38,718 nucleotides of DNA, from positions 1-38,718 of the forward strand of contig JBEKRW010000003.1 in NCBI GenBank assembly GCA_049517595.1, written 5' to 3'. The notes beneath the pieces were generated by a model that had not been told where the DNA came from, made no database searches, and saw only the letters and a list, made by a program, of their open reading frames with translations. The stretch is from Candidatus Cybelea sp. (GTDB lineage: Bacteria > Vulcanimicrobiota > Vulcanimicrobiia > Vulcanimicrobiales > Vulcanimicrobiaceae). A program made the translations under genes and the position numbers. The number at the start of each line of letters is the position of its first letter. The first letter of the stretch is position 1. Below, in pieces: positions 16,102 to 25,930 of the stretch.

Positions 16102-17675
16102 TCGATCCAATCACTTCTGAGATCGTCAACGCAGCGCTCGTGTATGCCAGCGAAGAGATGGGCCTGGCGCTGCGCAACAGCGCCTACTCACCGAACATCA
16201 AAGAACGCCTCGACCACTCGTGCGCGCTCTTCGACCGCGACGGCCGTTTGATCGCGCAAGCCGAGCACATTCCGGTGCACCTGGGCTCGCTGCCGTGGGG
16301 ACTCAAGCGGATGCTCGAGATCGTCGCACGCGAATACGGCGGCGTCCGCGAAGGCGAGATGTGGGTTGCGAACGACCCCTACTTTACGGGCACGCATCTC
16401 AACGACGTGACGCTGCTGCGACCGATCTTCGATCGCGGGCAGTTGGCCGGATTTGCCGCCAACAAGGCGCATCACGCAGACGTCGGTGGCGCTGTGCCGG
16501 GTTCGATGCCGGCCGATGCGCCGGATCTTTTTGCCGAGGGCGTCGTCGTTCCGCCGATGCGCTTGATGCGCGAGAATCGCGTCGTTGCGGAGACCGTCGC
16601 GCTCTTCCGCGCGAACTCGCGAACGCCCGATGCCTGCAGCGGGGACCTTCGGGCGCAGATCGCCGGTAACTACACCGGCGAACGGCGCCTGCTGGAGCTC
16701 TTAAGCCGCTACGGCGCCCAAGCGTTCGACGAGGCGACCGCCCGTGCACTCGATGGCAGCGAGCGAGCGATGCGTGCGTCGCTTCGCAGGCTCGGGGAAG
16801 GCGTCTTCCACGCAACCGATTATCTGGAAGATCGCGACGGCGAGCCGAGCATCGTTATTGCCCTGCGCCTCGAACTACGAGACGGTTGCGCGCTTCTCGA
16901 TTACGCGGGCACGTCGGCGCAACTCGCGGCTCCGCTCAATGCGGTCTTCGGCGTGACGCTTTCCGGCGTCCACTATGCGCTGCGGACGGTCACCGGTTCC
17001 TTAATTCCGATGAACGAAGGTTGCTTTCGTCCGGTCGAAGTGCGCGTGCCCCACGGCAGCCTCCTCAATCCGCGCCGCCCGGCACCCGTTTCCGGCGGAA
17101 ACGTCGAAACCAGCATGCGGAACGCCGAGGTCGTCCTGCAAGCGCTGGCTTGTGCTGCTCCCGAACGCGTGCCGGCCTGCAGCGGCGGGACGATGAGCAA
17201 CGTCATGCTCGGCGGAGCGCGGCCCGACGGAAGAACCTGGGCCTTCTACGAGACGAACGGCTGCGGTTCGGGAGGCCGCCCCAACGGCGACGGCGTCGAC
17301 GCCATCCATTGCCACATGACCAATACGCTCAACACGCCGATCGAAGCGGTCGAACGCGAATATCCGCTGCGCGTCGTGCGCTATGAAATCGCGGAAGGCA
17401 CCGGCGGTGAGGGGCGGCACCGCGGCGGGTCCGGCTTGATTCGCTCGATCGAACTCACCGAAGGCACGGCGCACGCAACGCTCCTGGCCGATCGCCACAA
17501 CCTGTCGCCGCCGGGTGCGCAGGGCGGAAAGCCAGGCGCTTGCGGACACCATTCCCTGCAACGCGATGGAAGCCAAACGCGCCTAGCTGCAAAGACGAGC
17601 CTGCCGCTAGAGCCCGGAGACATTCTGACGATTCAAACTCCCGGCGGCGGCGGCTATGGTCCAAGCGAGCCATAG
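16098..17675 (+). CDS. hyuB: Hydantoinase/oxoprolinase B subunit (HyuB family)
   Basis: The internal ATG at 16098 gives MIDPITSEIVNAALVYASEEMGLALRNSAYSPNIKERLDHSCALFD, the typical HyuB N-terminus. It overlaps the hyuA stop in an ATGA (16098..16101). The 198-codon Arg-rich upstream extension in the track is an overlap artefact. Confidence 0.9.
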   Translation: MIDPITSEIVNAALVYASEEMGLALRNSAYSPNIKERLDHSCALFDRDGRLIAQAEHIPVHLGSLPWGLKRMLEIVAREYGGVREGEMWVANDPYFTGTHLNDVTLLRPIFDRGQLAGFAANKAHHADVGGAVPGSMPADAPDLFAEGVVVPPMRLMRENRVVAETVALFRANSRTPDACSGDLRAQIAGNYTGERRLLELLSRYGAQAFDEATARALDGSERAMRASLRRLGEGVFHATDYLEDRDGEPSIVIALRLELRDGCALLDYAGTSAQLAAPLNAVFGVTLSGVHYALRTVTGSLIPMNEGCFRPVEVRVPHGSLLNPRRPAPVSGGNVETSMRNAEVVLQALACAAPERVPACSGGTMSNVMLGGARPDGRTWAFYETNGCGSGGRPNGDGVDAIHCHMTNTLNTPIEAVEREYPLRVVRYEIAEGTGGEGRHRGGSGLIRSIELTEGTAHATLLADRHNLSPPGAQGGKPGACGHHSLQRDGSQTRLAAKTSLPLEPGDILTIQTPGGGGYGPSEP

Positions 17676-17728
17676 TTCGTGGAATTCTAAAATTGGTAAA
17701 AACGGACTTCCCATGAGAGAATGCGGGA

Positions 17729-19120
17729 ATGAAAAGCCACGTGATGCGTATCACAAACGGGTTCTTGGCCGTCGGGCTTTTAGGCGCCCTAGCGATGACC
17801 GGCTGCACCGGGGGCTCGACGGGCTCCAGCGCCGGCACGCCACCCCTCGGCAGCGTCTCGCCGGCGTCGGGGACATCGCAGTACATCCAGCACGTCGTCA
17901 TCGTCGTTCAAGAGAACCGCAGCTTCGACGATTTTTTCGCGACCTTTCCGGGCGCCGTCGGGGCGACGCAGGGGCTGATGAAAACGCCCAGCGGCGACCA
18001 GTATATCCAACTCCAGTCCGAGCCTCTCGACTCGTTGAGCTTGTCGCACCAGCACTTGGCGTTCAAGCATGAATACGATCACGGCAAGATGGACGGTTTC
18101 AATACGATCGCGCTAACACTACGCAAGGGCACGAGAGAGCCGGCGGGGACGTACGCCTACCGGTACGTCGATCCCGCCGATATACCGGAATACTGGGACA
18201 TCGCGAGTCAATACGTTCTGGGCGACCATATGTTTACCACGCAAAGCAGCGACAGCTTTACGGCCCATCAAGACATTGTTGCCGGCGGGACGCCCGTCGG
18301 CACTAATGGCGAGAACGTTATCGACTTCCCGACGCCAAGTTCTTGGGGATGCAACGCGTCGCCCCCTGGGACGGTAACGTCGCTGATCACGTCAACGGGC
18401 AAGTATCGCAAGGGTAAGGGGCCGTTTCCGTGCTTTAGCTATTCGACGATTCGCGATCTACTAGATGCCAAGCAGCTATCGTGGCTGTATTTTACGAACA
18501 AGTCGAAGGTCGGCGTGTGGAATCCGTTCGAAGCGATTCAAGCCGTGCGCGACGGCCCCGAGTGGTCGACGAACATCATCCAGCCGGAAAAACTGTTCTT
18601 CAACTACGTCTCCGGCGGCGAATTGCCCGCCGTGTCCTGGGTGATACCCGATGCGTTGGATTCCGATCATCCCGGGAACCACTCCGATACTGGCCCGTCT
18701 TGGGTAGCTAGCGTCGTGAACGCAATCGGCGAGAGCGTCTACTGGCAGAACACCGCGGTCATCGTCGTGTGGGACGACTGGGGCGGGGAATACGACAACG
18801 TGCCGCCCCCGCAGCTCGACGGCCAGGGGCTGGGCTTTCGCGTTCCAATGCTGCTCGTATCTGCATACGCGAGGGAAACCTCGTCGAGCCAACCGGGATA
18901 CATCTCGCACACGCAATACGAGTTCGGCAGCATCCTAAAGTTTATGGAAGACAACTGGGGCTTGGGAACGCTCGGAAGAACGGACGTGCGCGCCAATAGC
19001 CTCATCGACTGCTTCGATTTCACCCAGCCACCGCGTACGTTCACGCCCATCACCAGCAAATATTCGAAGGCGTACTTCTTGAAGCGCCCGCCATCGGGCC
19101 TGCCCGTAGACGACTACTAG
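17729..19120 (+). CDS. Phosphoesterase-family lipoprotein (non-haemolytic phospholipase C / AcpA acid phosphatase family)
   Basis: Signal plus lipobox LGALAMTGC-TGG. The motif HVVIVVQENRSFDDFFATFPG and later WVIPD..DSDHPG are hallmarks of the PF04185 phosphoesterase family. Confidence 0.85.
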   Translation: MKSHVMRITNGFLAVGLLGALAMTGCTGGSTGSSAGTPPLGSVSPASGTSQYIQHVVIVVQENRSFDDFFATFPGAVGATQGLMKTPSGDQYIQLQSEPLDSLSLSHQHLAFKHEYDHGKMDGFNTIALTLRKGTREPAGTYAYRYVDPADIPEYWDIASQYVLGDHMFTTQSSDSFTAHQDIVAGGTPVGTNGENVIDFPTPSSWGCNASPPGTVTSLITSTGKYRKGKGPFPCFSYSTIRDLLDAKQLSWLYFTNKSKVGVWNPFEAIQAVRDGPEWSTNIIQPEKLFFNYVSGGELPAVSWVIPDALDSDHPGNHSDTGPSWVASVVNAIGESVYWQNTAVIVVWDDWGGEYDNVPPPQLDGQGLGFRVPMLLVSAYARETSSSQPGYISHTQYEFGSILKFMEDNWGLGTLGRTDVRANSLIDCFDFTQPPRTFTPITSKYSKAYFLKRPPSGLPVDDY

Positions 19121-19129
19121 GGAGCCTCG

Positions 19130-20671
19130 CTAGAGCGGGGTGTTGGTGCGAGCGGTGGAGGGCCGCTCCAAACCAAAGCGAGCGGCGCAAAGCAGGTCCA
19201 CGACGCGGATTGCGCTTCGGCGGGGCGAGAAGCGGCGCCGCGAATCGGCCGCGACGCGATGCCCGTACCACCCTCGAAGGGTCGCACCGTTGACGAAGCG
19301 CGCCGTTGTTTTGAGCAGCTCCGATCGCTGCGCGAAAATCGCAACGTCGGGCGCGAAGATCGCCTGCAGACCGTCGTGAGGAAGTACGATGGACGGAATT
19401 CCGGCTTGCGCCAGCAGCACGTTGCCGAACGCGGCGTCGTCGGTTAGCCCGCAATGGACGACGCAAGCGACGGGCACGCGCTCTCCGCCGCCGAGCAACA
19501 TCTCCGGGGTTATCCGCACGGCCGGATAGCCTGGGTCGATGTCGCGAAGTTCCTCTGGAGCCCCGGCGAGTCCGACGGTGATGCACGTGGGATCGCTCGA
19601 TCGGCGAACGGCGCAGGTCGCGACGCGCTGCGGCGCCGCGCACGGAAGCCACGGTACGTCAATGCCGATTGCGCCGTGCGTTCGAATTGAAGGGAAGCCG
19701 TCCGCACGCCGCTCGAGCGTGATTCCCGGCTGCGAAACTTCACCCGAAAACCATTCGATGGAAGCGGCTTGCCGGAAACGCCGGTCGAACCACCGCCGGC
19801 GATGTAACGGACCGCGCACGACGGGATGGCCGAAGGACCGCAAGGCCGCAACGAGATCCTCGCGCGCCGCCGCAACCAGCGGACCTTCATGGGCGCTTTC
19901 CCGCATCGTTATCGCGCCGACTTCACCACGCTGCGTTCGCGGCAGTGACGCGAGACGGGATGTCCAGCGCCCGTAGAACCGCTCCTCGTTCTCACGTTCC
20001 CGGTCGAACCGGCCCGCTGAAGCGCCTTCGTAGTGCGCGAAACGAGCCTGGGCAACGTAGGCGATCGCGCCGCCTCGCTCGCGCGCTCGCAGGCAAAGGT
20101 CGACGTCCTCGAAACCGTTGACGAACGACTCGTCGAATCCGCCGGCATCGAGAAACCATTGCGTACGAACCGCCATCGCCGCGCCGGAGACCGCCAACGC
20201 TTCGCGCGACGCGATAACGCCGGCCAGCGACGAAGGCAGATTGCGACACGAATAGTGCCAGTGAGCGTTGCGCAGCAGCACGAGACCTGCCGCTTGGGTC
20301 ACGCCGTCTTCGAAGAAGAGCGCTCCGCCCGCGATGGCGATCTCGGCCCGGTCGAAGACCGCAACCAGGGGCGTCAACGCATCGCCGAGCGGATAGGCAT
20401 CGTTGTTGAGAAAGAGCACCAGCGGCGCCTCCGCCATTCGCGCGCCCGCGTTGCAAGCTCCCGCGAAGTTGCGGTTCGTCTCGTGCCGAAGATAGCGCAC
20501 CCACGGGAAAGCGGCAATCGCCTCGGGCGTTTCGTCGGTGGAAGCGTTGTCGATCACGATGGTTTCGAAAGGCACGGAGCCCGATCGCTGCAGCCGGTCC
20601 AGGCAACTCAAGCACCGCGCGGTGAGCCACCAGTTGTCGTAGACCGGAATAACGACGCTAAGCTGCGCCAA
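19130..20671 (-). CDS. Family 2 glycosyltransferase with a ~260-aa C-terminal extension resembling a degenerate GT1/GT4 C-terminal half
   Basis: The N-terminus LSVVIPVYDNWWLTARCL...ETIVIDNASTDETPE...LFLNNDAYP is a GT2 signature. The C-terminal FGNVLLAQAGIPSIVLPHDGL...FSPRRSAIRVVDLL resembles the end of Glycos_transf_1 domains. Confidence 0.8.
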   Translation of the reverse strand: MAQLSVVIPVYDNWWLTARCLSCLDRLQRSGSVPFETIVIDNASTDETPEAIAAFPWVRYLRHETNRNFAGACNAGARMAEAPLVLFLNNDAYPLGDALTPLVAVFDRAEIAIAGGALFFEDGVTQAAGLVLLRNAHWHYSCRNLPSSLAGVIASREALAVSGAAMAVRTQWFLDAGGFDESFVNGFEDVDLCLRARERGGAIAYVAQARFAHYEGASAGRFDRERENEERFYGRWTSRLASLPRTQRGEVGAITMRESAHEGPLVAAAREDLVAALRSFGHPVVRGPLHRRRWFDRRFRQAASIEWFSGEVSQPGITLERRADGFPSIRTHGAIGIDVPWLPCAAPQRVATCAVRRSSDPTCITVGLAGAPEELRDIDPGYPAVRITPEMLLGGGERVPVACVVHCGLTDDAAFGNVLLAQAGIPSIVLPHDGLQAIFAPDVAIFAQRSELLKTTARFVNGATLRGWYGHRVAADSRRRFSPRRSAIRVVDLLCAARFGLERPSTARTNTPL

Positions 20672-21983
20672 CGCGAACTTGTTCTAGCAGTTCTTGCTTG
20701 GTTTCGGGGACCATGATGCGCACGAAGATGATCGTGACGATGCAGAGCGCCGCATAGGCGCCAAACGTCGCCGGGCTTCCCACGCGCTCGACCAATCCAA
20801 GAAACGACTGCGAAACCGCAAAGTTTCCCACCCAGTTGGCAAGAGTCGAAACCGACATTCCCGCCCCGCGAACGGGAAGCGGAAAGATCTCGGAGATCAA
20901 CAGCCAGAGGATGGGTCCGAAGCTGAACGCAAAGCATCCGACGTAGGCCATCATGCTCACGAGCGCGATCGCGCCCAGCGAACCCGAGAGGTGCGGCTGG
21001 GAGAACGCATACGCCATGACGGTCAGCGCCACGAACATGCCCGAAAGCCCGGCGTAGAGCAGCGGCTTCCGGCCAACGCGGTCGACGAAGAAGATCGCAA
21101 CCAGCGTCATCCCGCAGTTCACGGCGCCCACCAGCGATTGCGCCAAAATTGAGGCCGCCGCGGATCCGACGCCCGCCATCTCAAAAATCCTCGGGCCGTA
21201 ATAGATGACGGAGTTGATGCCGGTGACCTGTTGCAAGACCGCCAGCGAAATGCCGACGACGAGCGCGGGTCGAATCGCCGGACTCAATAAGGCGCGCAAG
21301 CCGCCGCGCTTGACGTTCAGGCTTGACGCAATGGAGGCTTCTTCGAGTTTGCTCGCGGCGGGATCGTCATAGATTTGCTCGAGCTCTTGGCGAGCGCGCT
21401 CGCGCCGGCCGCTTTTGAAAAGATAGCGCGGACTCTCCGGCATGCGAAGCATTCCGCCCATCAAAATAAGCGACGGAACGACGGCGATGCCCAACATCCA
21501 GCGCCACTGGCCGCCTCCCGCAAGCACGTAGTCGACGATGTAGGCCGCGAGAATGCCGATGGTAATCGCGAATTGATAGAGTGAAACCAGCGCGCCACGC
21601 GTCGGCGCGGGCGAGACCTCGGAAATATACAGCGGAGCGACCACCGAGCTCAAACCGATGCCGATGCCGACGACGAAACGGCCGCAGAGCAGCGCCGCCT
21701 CGTTGGCCGCCAATGCCGAGAGCAACGCTCCGACCAAGAACACGACGCCGGCCCCAAAGAGCGTTGGGCGCCGGCCGATGCGATCGGCAACCGATCCGGC
21801 GACGGCCGAGGCCACGATGCAGCCGATCAAGACGACGCTAATCGTGAAGGCCTGCAGCCGGTCGTCGAGTGCAAACTGCTTGCTGATGAAGAGGATCGCG
21901 CCCGAAATCACGCCGGTGTCGTAGCCGAAGAGCAATCCACCCAGGGCCGCGATCGACGCGACGAGCAAAACGTAGGCCCTCAT
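20658..21983 (-). CDS. MFS sugar porter family transporter
   Basis: From ATG 21983: MRAYVLLVASIAALGGLLFGYDTGVISGA, then GRRPTL, PESPRYL and PETK-like motifs typical of sugar/inositol:H+ symporters. Its 3' end overlaps the GT2 start by 14 nt. Confidence 0.9.
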   Translation of the reverse strand: MRAYVLLVASIAALGGLLFGYDTGVISGAILFISKQFALDDRLQAFTISVVLIGCIVASAVAGSVADRIGRRPTLFGAGVVFLVGALLSALAANEAALLCGRFVVGIGIGLSSVVAPLYISEVSPAPTRGALVSLYQFAITIGILAAYIVDYVLAGGGQWRWMLGIAVVPSLILMGGMLRMPESPRYLFKSGRRERARQELEQIYDDPAASKLEEASIASSLNVKRGGLRALLSPAIRPALVVGISLAVLQQVTGINSVIYYGPRIFEMAGVGSAAASILAQSLVGAVNCGMTLVAIFFVDRVGRKPLLYAGLSGMFVALTVMAYAFSQPHLSGSLGAIALVSMMAYVGCFAFSFGPILWLLISEIFPLPVRGAGMSVSTLANWVGNFAVSQSFLGLVERVGSPATFGAYAALCIVTIIFVRIMVPETKQELLEQVRVGAA

Positions 21984-22021
21984 GCAGGCGCTTTTGCGAG
22001 CGGCGTCCGAACGCTCCTCCA

Positions 22022-22861
22022 ATGGCGCTCCGGATCGAGATCCCCGCCGCTGCTGCATACGCCCGCGCGCATGCATTGCACGCACTGGTCGTCGCGTGCG
22101 GAAACGAGATCGTCGCGCAAGAATACGGCGACGGCTTCGACGCAGAGAAGCCGCATTTGCTTTATAGCGGGACGAAGAGTTTTTGGGGTCCGGCGGCGCT
22201 CTGCGCTCGCGACGATGGACTGCTCGAACTCGACGAGCCCGTCGCCGCGACGTTCGCTGCCTGGGACGACGATCCGTGGAAGCGACGCGTTACGCTGAGA
22301 ATGTTGCTCTCGCTCACCGCCGGCTTCGGCTTCGGCGGCTTGGGCGCCGCAGTCCCGGAGTACGATCGCGCCCTACCGATGCCGTTGAAAGACGAGCCCG
22401 GTACGCGTTTTACCTACGGCGGCATCCCGTTTCAAGTCTTCGGCGCGGTGCTCGCACGCAAGCTCGCCGATCGCAAGCTGACGCCGCACGACTATCTCCG
22501 CGAACGCGTTCTCGATCCGGCGGGCGTGCGGGTGGCGAGCTGGCGCAGGCTAAAGGATGGAACGCATCCGCTCCCAACGGGCGCATCGCTTCGTGCGATG
22601 GACTGGCTCGCATACGGCCGCTACGTCACGGAGGAGCGCAAGCGCCTCGCGCCTTGCTTCAAAGGCTCCACCGCTAACGCGCGCTACGGCCTGGGCTGGT
22701 GGCTAGGAGCGCGCAACACGCCCGAGGACCTCGTCTACGCGAGCGGCTCTGCGGGCCAAGCGCTCTATGTCGTCCCGTCGCTCGATTTGACGATCGTTCA
22801 TTTCGGCGCAAGTGCCTCGTTTCGCCACGAAACATTCTTGCGGCGCCTGGGATTACGGTGA
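22022..22861 (+). CDS. Beta-lactamase-family serine hydrolase (short, no signal peptide)
   Basis: S-x-x-K motif in LLYSGTKSFWG, with a later YASGSAGQALYVVP resembling the KTG/HGG-box region. At 279 aa it is shorter than typical class C/esterase members. Confidence 0.7.
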   Translation: MALRIEIPAAAAYARAHALHALVVACGNEIVAQEYGDGFDAEKPHLLYSGTKSFWGPAALCARDDGLLELDEPVAATFAAWDDDPWKRRVTLRMLLSLTAGFGFGGLGAAVPEYDRALPMPLKDEPGTRFTYGGIPFQVFGAVLARKLADRKLTPHDYLRERVLDPAGVRVASWRRLKDGTHPLPTGASLRAMDWLAYGRYVTEERKRLAPCFKGSTANARYGLGWWLGARNTPEDLVYASGSAGQALYVVPSLDLTIVHFGASASFRHETFLRRLGLR

Positions 22862-25800
22862 CACGGGCGTTGCGCTGTCGAGCGGCTTGATACCGGCGTT
22901 CTTCAAGGCAGTCTGCAGCGGCGCGAGCAGGCCGACGTAGTCGTTGTACTGCGCGAGGGCCGCGGCGTAAGCGGTGTCAAAACGCTTCGCGTAGTCGAGC
23001 TGCTCCGCCGTCGGCGGAAGCTGCACCGAGCCAAAGCCGGTTCGCGGAATCGACTCGCGTAGCGAACCCGAGCGCTGGATCGAGTCCTCGTCGTTCTTGT
23101 AGTCGGCGGTAAATGCCGCAAAGACCGCGCTCCAGCTTTGCTGCGCCGAAGCGATCTGACTCATAATCGAGGCGTCGTTCTTCGCGGGCACCGCGACGCG
23201 CGCGAGCGATTTCTTGATCGAATCGAGATTATTGAGAACCTCGTCGATCTTTCCGTAAATCGTCGAATACTTACGCGCGAAGGCGTAGCCGGCTTCGTAC
23301 TGGTCTTGCGTCCATGCGTCTCGTGGATCGGACTTCACCGTTACCGCTTGCGTCAGCGTTTGGCCGCCGAGGTCCAAGTGAATCGTATACGTTCCGGGAA
23401 CGACCGTCGGACCGGTCTTGGGTCCTTGGTACTCCTCACGCGCGGCGCCACGCCACTTCGTGGGCGCGTCCTCGGTAAAATCCCAAACGTAGCGGTTGAT
23501 GCCGGCCTTATTGGGAACGTATGGTTCTTCTTTTCCCTTTACTTTGTGCGTGCCGTTTACGGAGCGAATTACGCGCCCGCTTGCATCGAGAACTTGTAGC
23601 GACGGCGGCCTCTTCTGCGGCGCGGTCTGATAGAAATCGACGATCGCACCCTTTGGCGGGTTGTCGCCGGCAAACTGGGTGTAGATTCCCGGATCGTCGG
23701 AGTGGTAGTGATACTCGTACGCGACCCGCGGTGCGTAGAGCATGGCGCCCGCGCGCTGCGCGTTACCCAGCTGCTGGATGGAGGCGAGGTCGTCGAGGAT
23801 CCAGGTGTCGCGTCCGTGCGTCGCGATGACCAAGTCGTTGAACTCGGGCTGGATGCGGATGTCGCGCACGGAGACTGCAGGTAAGTTGATTCGGAAATCC
23901 TGCCAGTGGGCGCCGTCGTCGAGGGACATCCAGAGGCCGTTTTCCGTTCCCGCGTAGAGCATATAAGGGTTGCGCGTATCCGGCCGGATCGTGCGCGCGT
24001 ACTGATCGTTGGGTAGACCGGTGACGATTTTCGTCCAGTGCGCGCCGTAGTCGCGCGTGACGTAGACGTATGGTGCGTAATCTCCCATACGATGGTTATC
24101 CGCAACCGCATACGCCGTGCCGGCGGTCAGCGGCGACGGCGCAACCGTTTCGAAGCGCGCGAACTGCGGCGCTCCGGGCGGCGTGACGTTTTGCCAATGC
24201 GCGCCGGCGTCACGCGTCAGCTGCACGTAGCCGTCGTCGGTTCCAACCCAGATCTCGCCCTGGTTTATCGAGGAGCCTTCGATGTAGAGGATCGTGTCGG
24301 AGTACTCTGCACCCGAGACGTCCTTCGCCAACGGTCCGCCGGAGGGCAGTTGGTGTTCGGTAATGTTGCGCGTCAGATCGGGGCTGATCGATCGCCACGT
24401 TTCGCCGCGGTCCGTCGTCTGAAAAACGACGTTTCCGCCGAACCACGCTATGTGTCCGTCCCAAGGGGCAAACGCGATCGGCGAATCCCAGTTGAATCGG
24501 TACGCCGCCTTGCTCAAGTCAAACGGTCCGAGGAAACTTCCCGGAAATGAGTCGTACGGCCGAATGAAGCGGCTGACGCCGGTTCTCCGGTCGAAAAGCG
24601 TGACCGCACCGTCCTCCAGGTCCGCCCAAATATAGTTTGGATCGATCGGGTCGGGCACGGTCCACATTCCGTCACCCCCGACGACGTTGATCCAATGGCG
24701 ATTGAGAATGCCTTGATCGTCCAGTGAGTTAGACGGGCCGCAAAAGCCGTTGTTATCCTGGAAGGCCACGCAGACCAAGTACGGGTTTTCGTTGGAGAGG
24801 CCGACATGATAGATTTGCCCGATCGTTAGATTCCGGGAAAACGACCAGTGCTCCAAGTCGGTCGTGAGCGCAAACCCGCCATCCTCGCCGGTGATGATCC
24901 GCTTGGAATCGTTGGGAGCGATCCAGATCGCGTGATAGTCAACGTGAACGTCCTTAGCGATTTCCTTGAACTTGCGGCCGCCGTCCTTGCTCTCCGACAG
25001 CATCTCCGAAACGGCATAGACGTGGTCGGAGTTTTTCGGATCGACGGCGATGTGCGTAAAGTAAAAGGGACGCTGGTCGACGAGCGTATCGTCGCTGGTC
25101 ATTTTCCAGCGCGCGCCGGCATCGTCGGAGCGCCACAAAATTCCGCCGGCCGCTTCGATCAGCGCGAAGACGCGGTTCGGACGGCTGGGTGCGATGGCCA
25201 ATCCAATTCGCCCGTTTAACCCCTGCGGCAAGCCATGGCCGGTAAGCCTCCGCCAGGTTCGGCCGCCGTCGATGGATTTGTAGAGGCCGTCGTCGGGGCC
25301 GCCGCTGGTGAAAGTCCACGGGACGCGGCGGAAGTGCCACATGCCCGCGTAGACGATCTTCGGATCGACCGGATTGATGGCAACGTCACTCGCGCCACTC
25401 GCCGGACTGAGATAGAGCGATTTGGTCCAGTTCTCGCCGCCGTCGAACGTGACGTAGACGCCGCGGTTCGTCGAATCTTTGAACGGATCGCCGAACGCGC
25501 CGACGACCACGTGACGCGGATCCCGTGGATCGATGGCGATTCGCGATATGCTCCAAACGCCGGCTAAGCCCGCGCGCAGCCACGTCTTTCCGCCATCGCT
25601 CGATTTGTAGAGCCCGTCGCCATAGCTGACGTCGTTGCGCGGATTGGCCTCGCCGGTACCGGCCCAGACGATGCGCTCGTTAGTCGGATCGATGGCGACC
25701 GCTCCGATCGCCGAAACCGCCTGCTTTTCAAAGACGGGCTGCCAAGTCGCCCCGCCGTTGGTCGACCGCCACACGCCGCCGCCGGCCGTTCCGAGATAGT

Positions 25801-25930
25801 ACAGCTGGTCGTCCTGCGGCGTTCCGGCCACCGCAGCAACGCGTCCGCCCGCGATAGCGGGTCCGATCGAACGCCACGACAGATTCGCGTACGCGGCAGC
25901 CGCGAAGAGTATCGTAGAAACCAACATCAC
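22853..25930 (-). CDS. Secreted BNR/Sortilin(VPS10)-type multi-propeller protein, paralog 1
   Basis: Signal-like MMLVSTILFAAAAYA. There are at least 10 S/T-x-D-x-G-x-T/H-W (BNR/Asp-box) repeats, including STNGGATW, SSDGGKTW, TFDGGENW, SIDGGRTW, TTDRGETW, TRDAGAHW, TRDYGAHW and SLDDGAHW. A helical tail of ~190 aa follows. Start is GTG 25930 or ATG 25927, overlapping the paralog 2 stop. Confidence 0.85.
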   Translation of the reverse strand: MMLVSTILFAAAAYANLSWRSIGPAIAGGRVAAVAGTPQDDQLYYLGTAGGGVWRSTNGGATWQPVFEKQAVSAIGAVAIDPTNERIVWAGTGEANPRNDVSYGDGLYKSSDGGKTWLRAGLAGVWSISRIAIDPRDPRHVVVGAFGDPFKDSTNRGVYVTFDGGENWTKSLYLSPASGASDVAINPVDPKIVYAGMWHFRRVPWTFTSGGPDDGLYKSIDGGRTWRRLTGHGLPQGLNGRIGLAIAPSRPNRVFALIEAAGGILWRSDDAGARWKMTSDDTLVDQRPFYFTHIAVDPKNSDHVYAVSEMLSESKDGGRKFKEIAKDVHVDYHAIWIAPNDSKRIITGEDGGFALTTDLEHWSFSRNLTIGQIYHVGLSNENPYLVCVAFQDNNGFCGPSNSLDDQGILNRHWINVVGGDGMWTVPDPIDPNYIWADLEDGAVTLFDRRTGVSRFIRPYDSFPGSFLGPFDLSKAAYRFNWDSPIAFAPWDGHIAWFGGNVVFQTTDRGETWRSISPDLTRNITEHQLPSGGPLAKDVSGAEYSDTILYIEGSSINQGEIWVGTDDGYVQLTRDAGAHWQNVTPPGAPQFARFETVAPSPLTAGTAYAVADNHRMGDYAPYVYVTRDYGAHWTKIVTGLPNDQYARTIRPDTRNPYMLYAGTENGLWMSLDDGAHWQDFRINLPAVSVRDIRIQPEFNDLVIATHGRDTWILDDLASIQQLGNAQRAGAMLYAPRVAYEYHYHSDDPGIYTQFAGDNPPKGAIVDFYQTAPQKRPPSLQVLDASGRVIRSVNGTHKVKGKEEPYVPNKAGINRYVWDFTEDAPTKWRGAAREEYQGPKTGPTVVPGTYTIHLDLGGQTLTQAVTVKSDPRDAWTQDQYEAGYAFARKYSTIYGKIDEVLNNLDSIKKSLARVAVPAKNDASIMSQIASAQQSWSAVFAAFTADYKNDEDSIQRSGSLRESIPRTGFGSVQLPPTAEQLDYAKRFDTAYAAALAQYNDYVGLLAPLQTALKNAGIKPLDSATPVSP

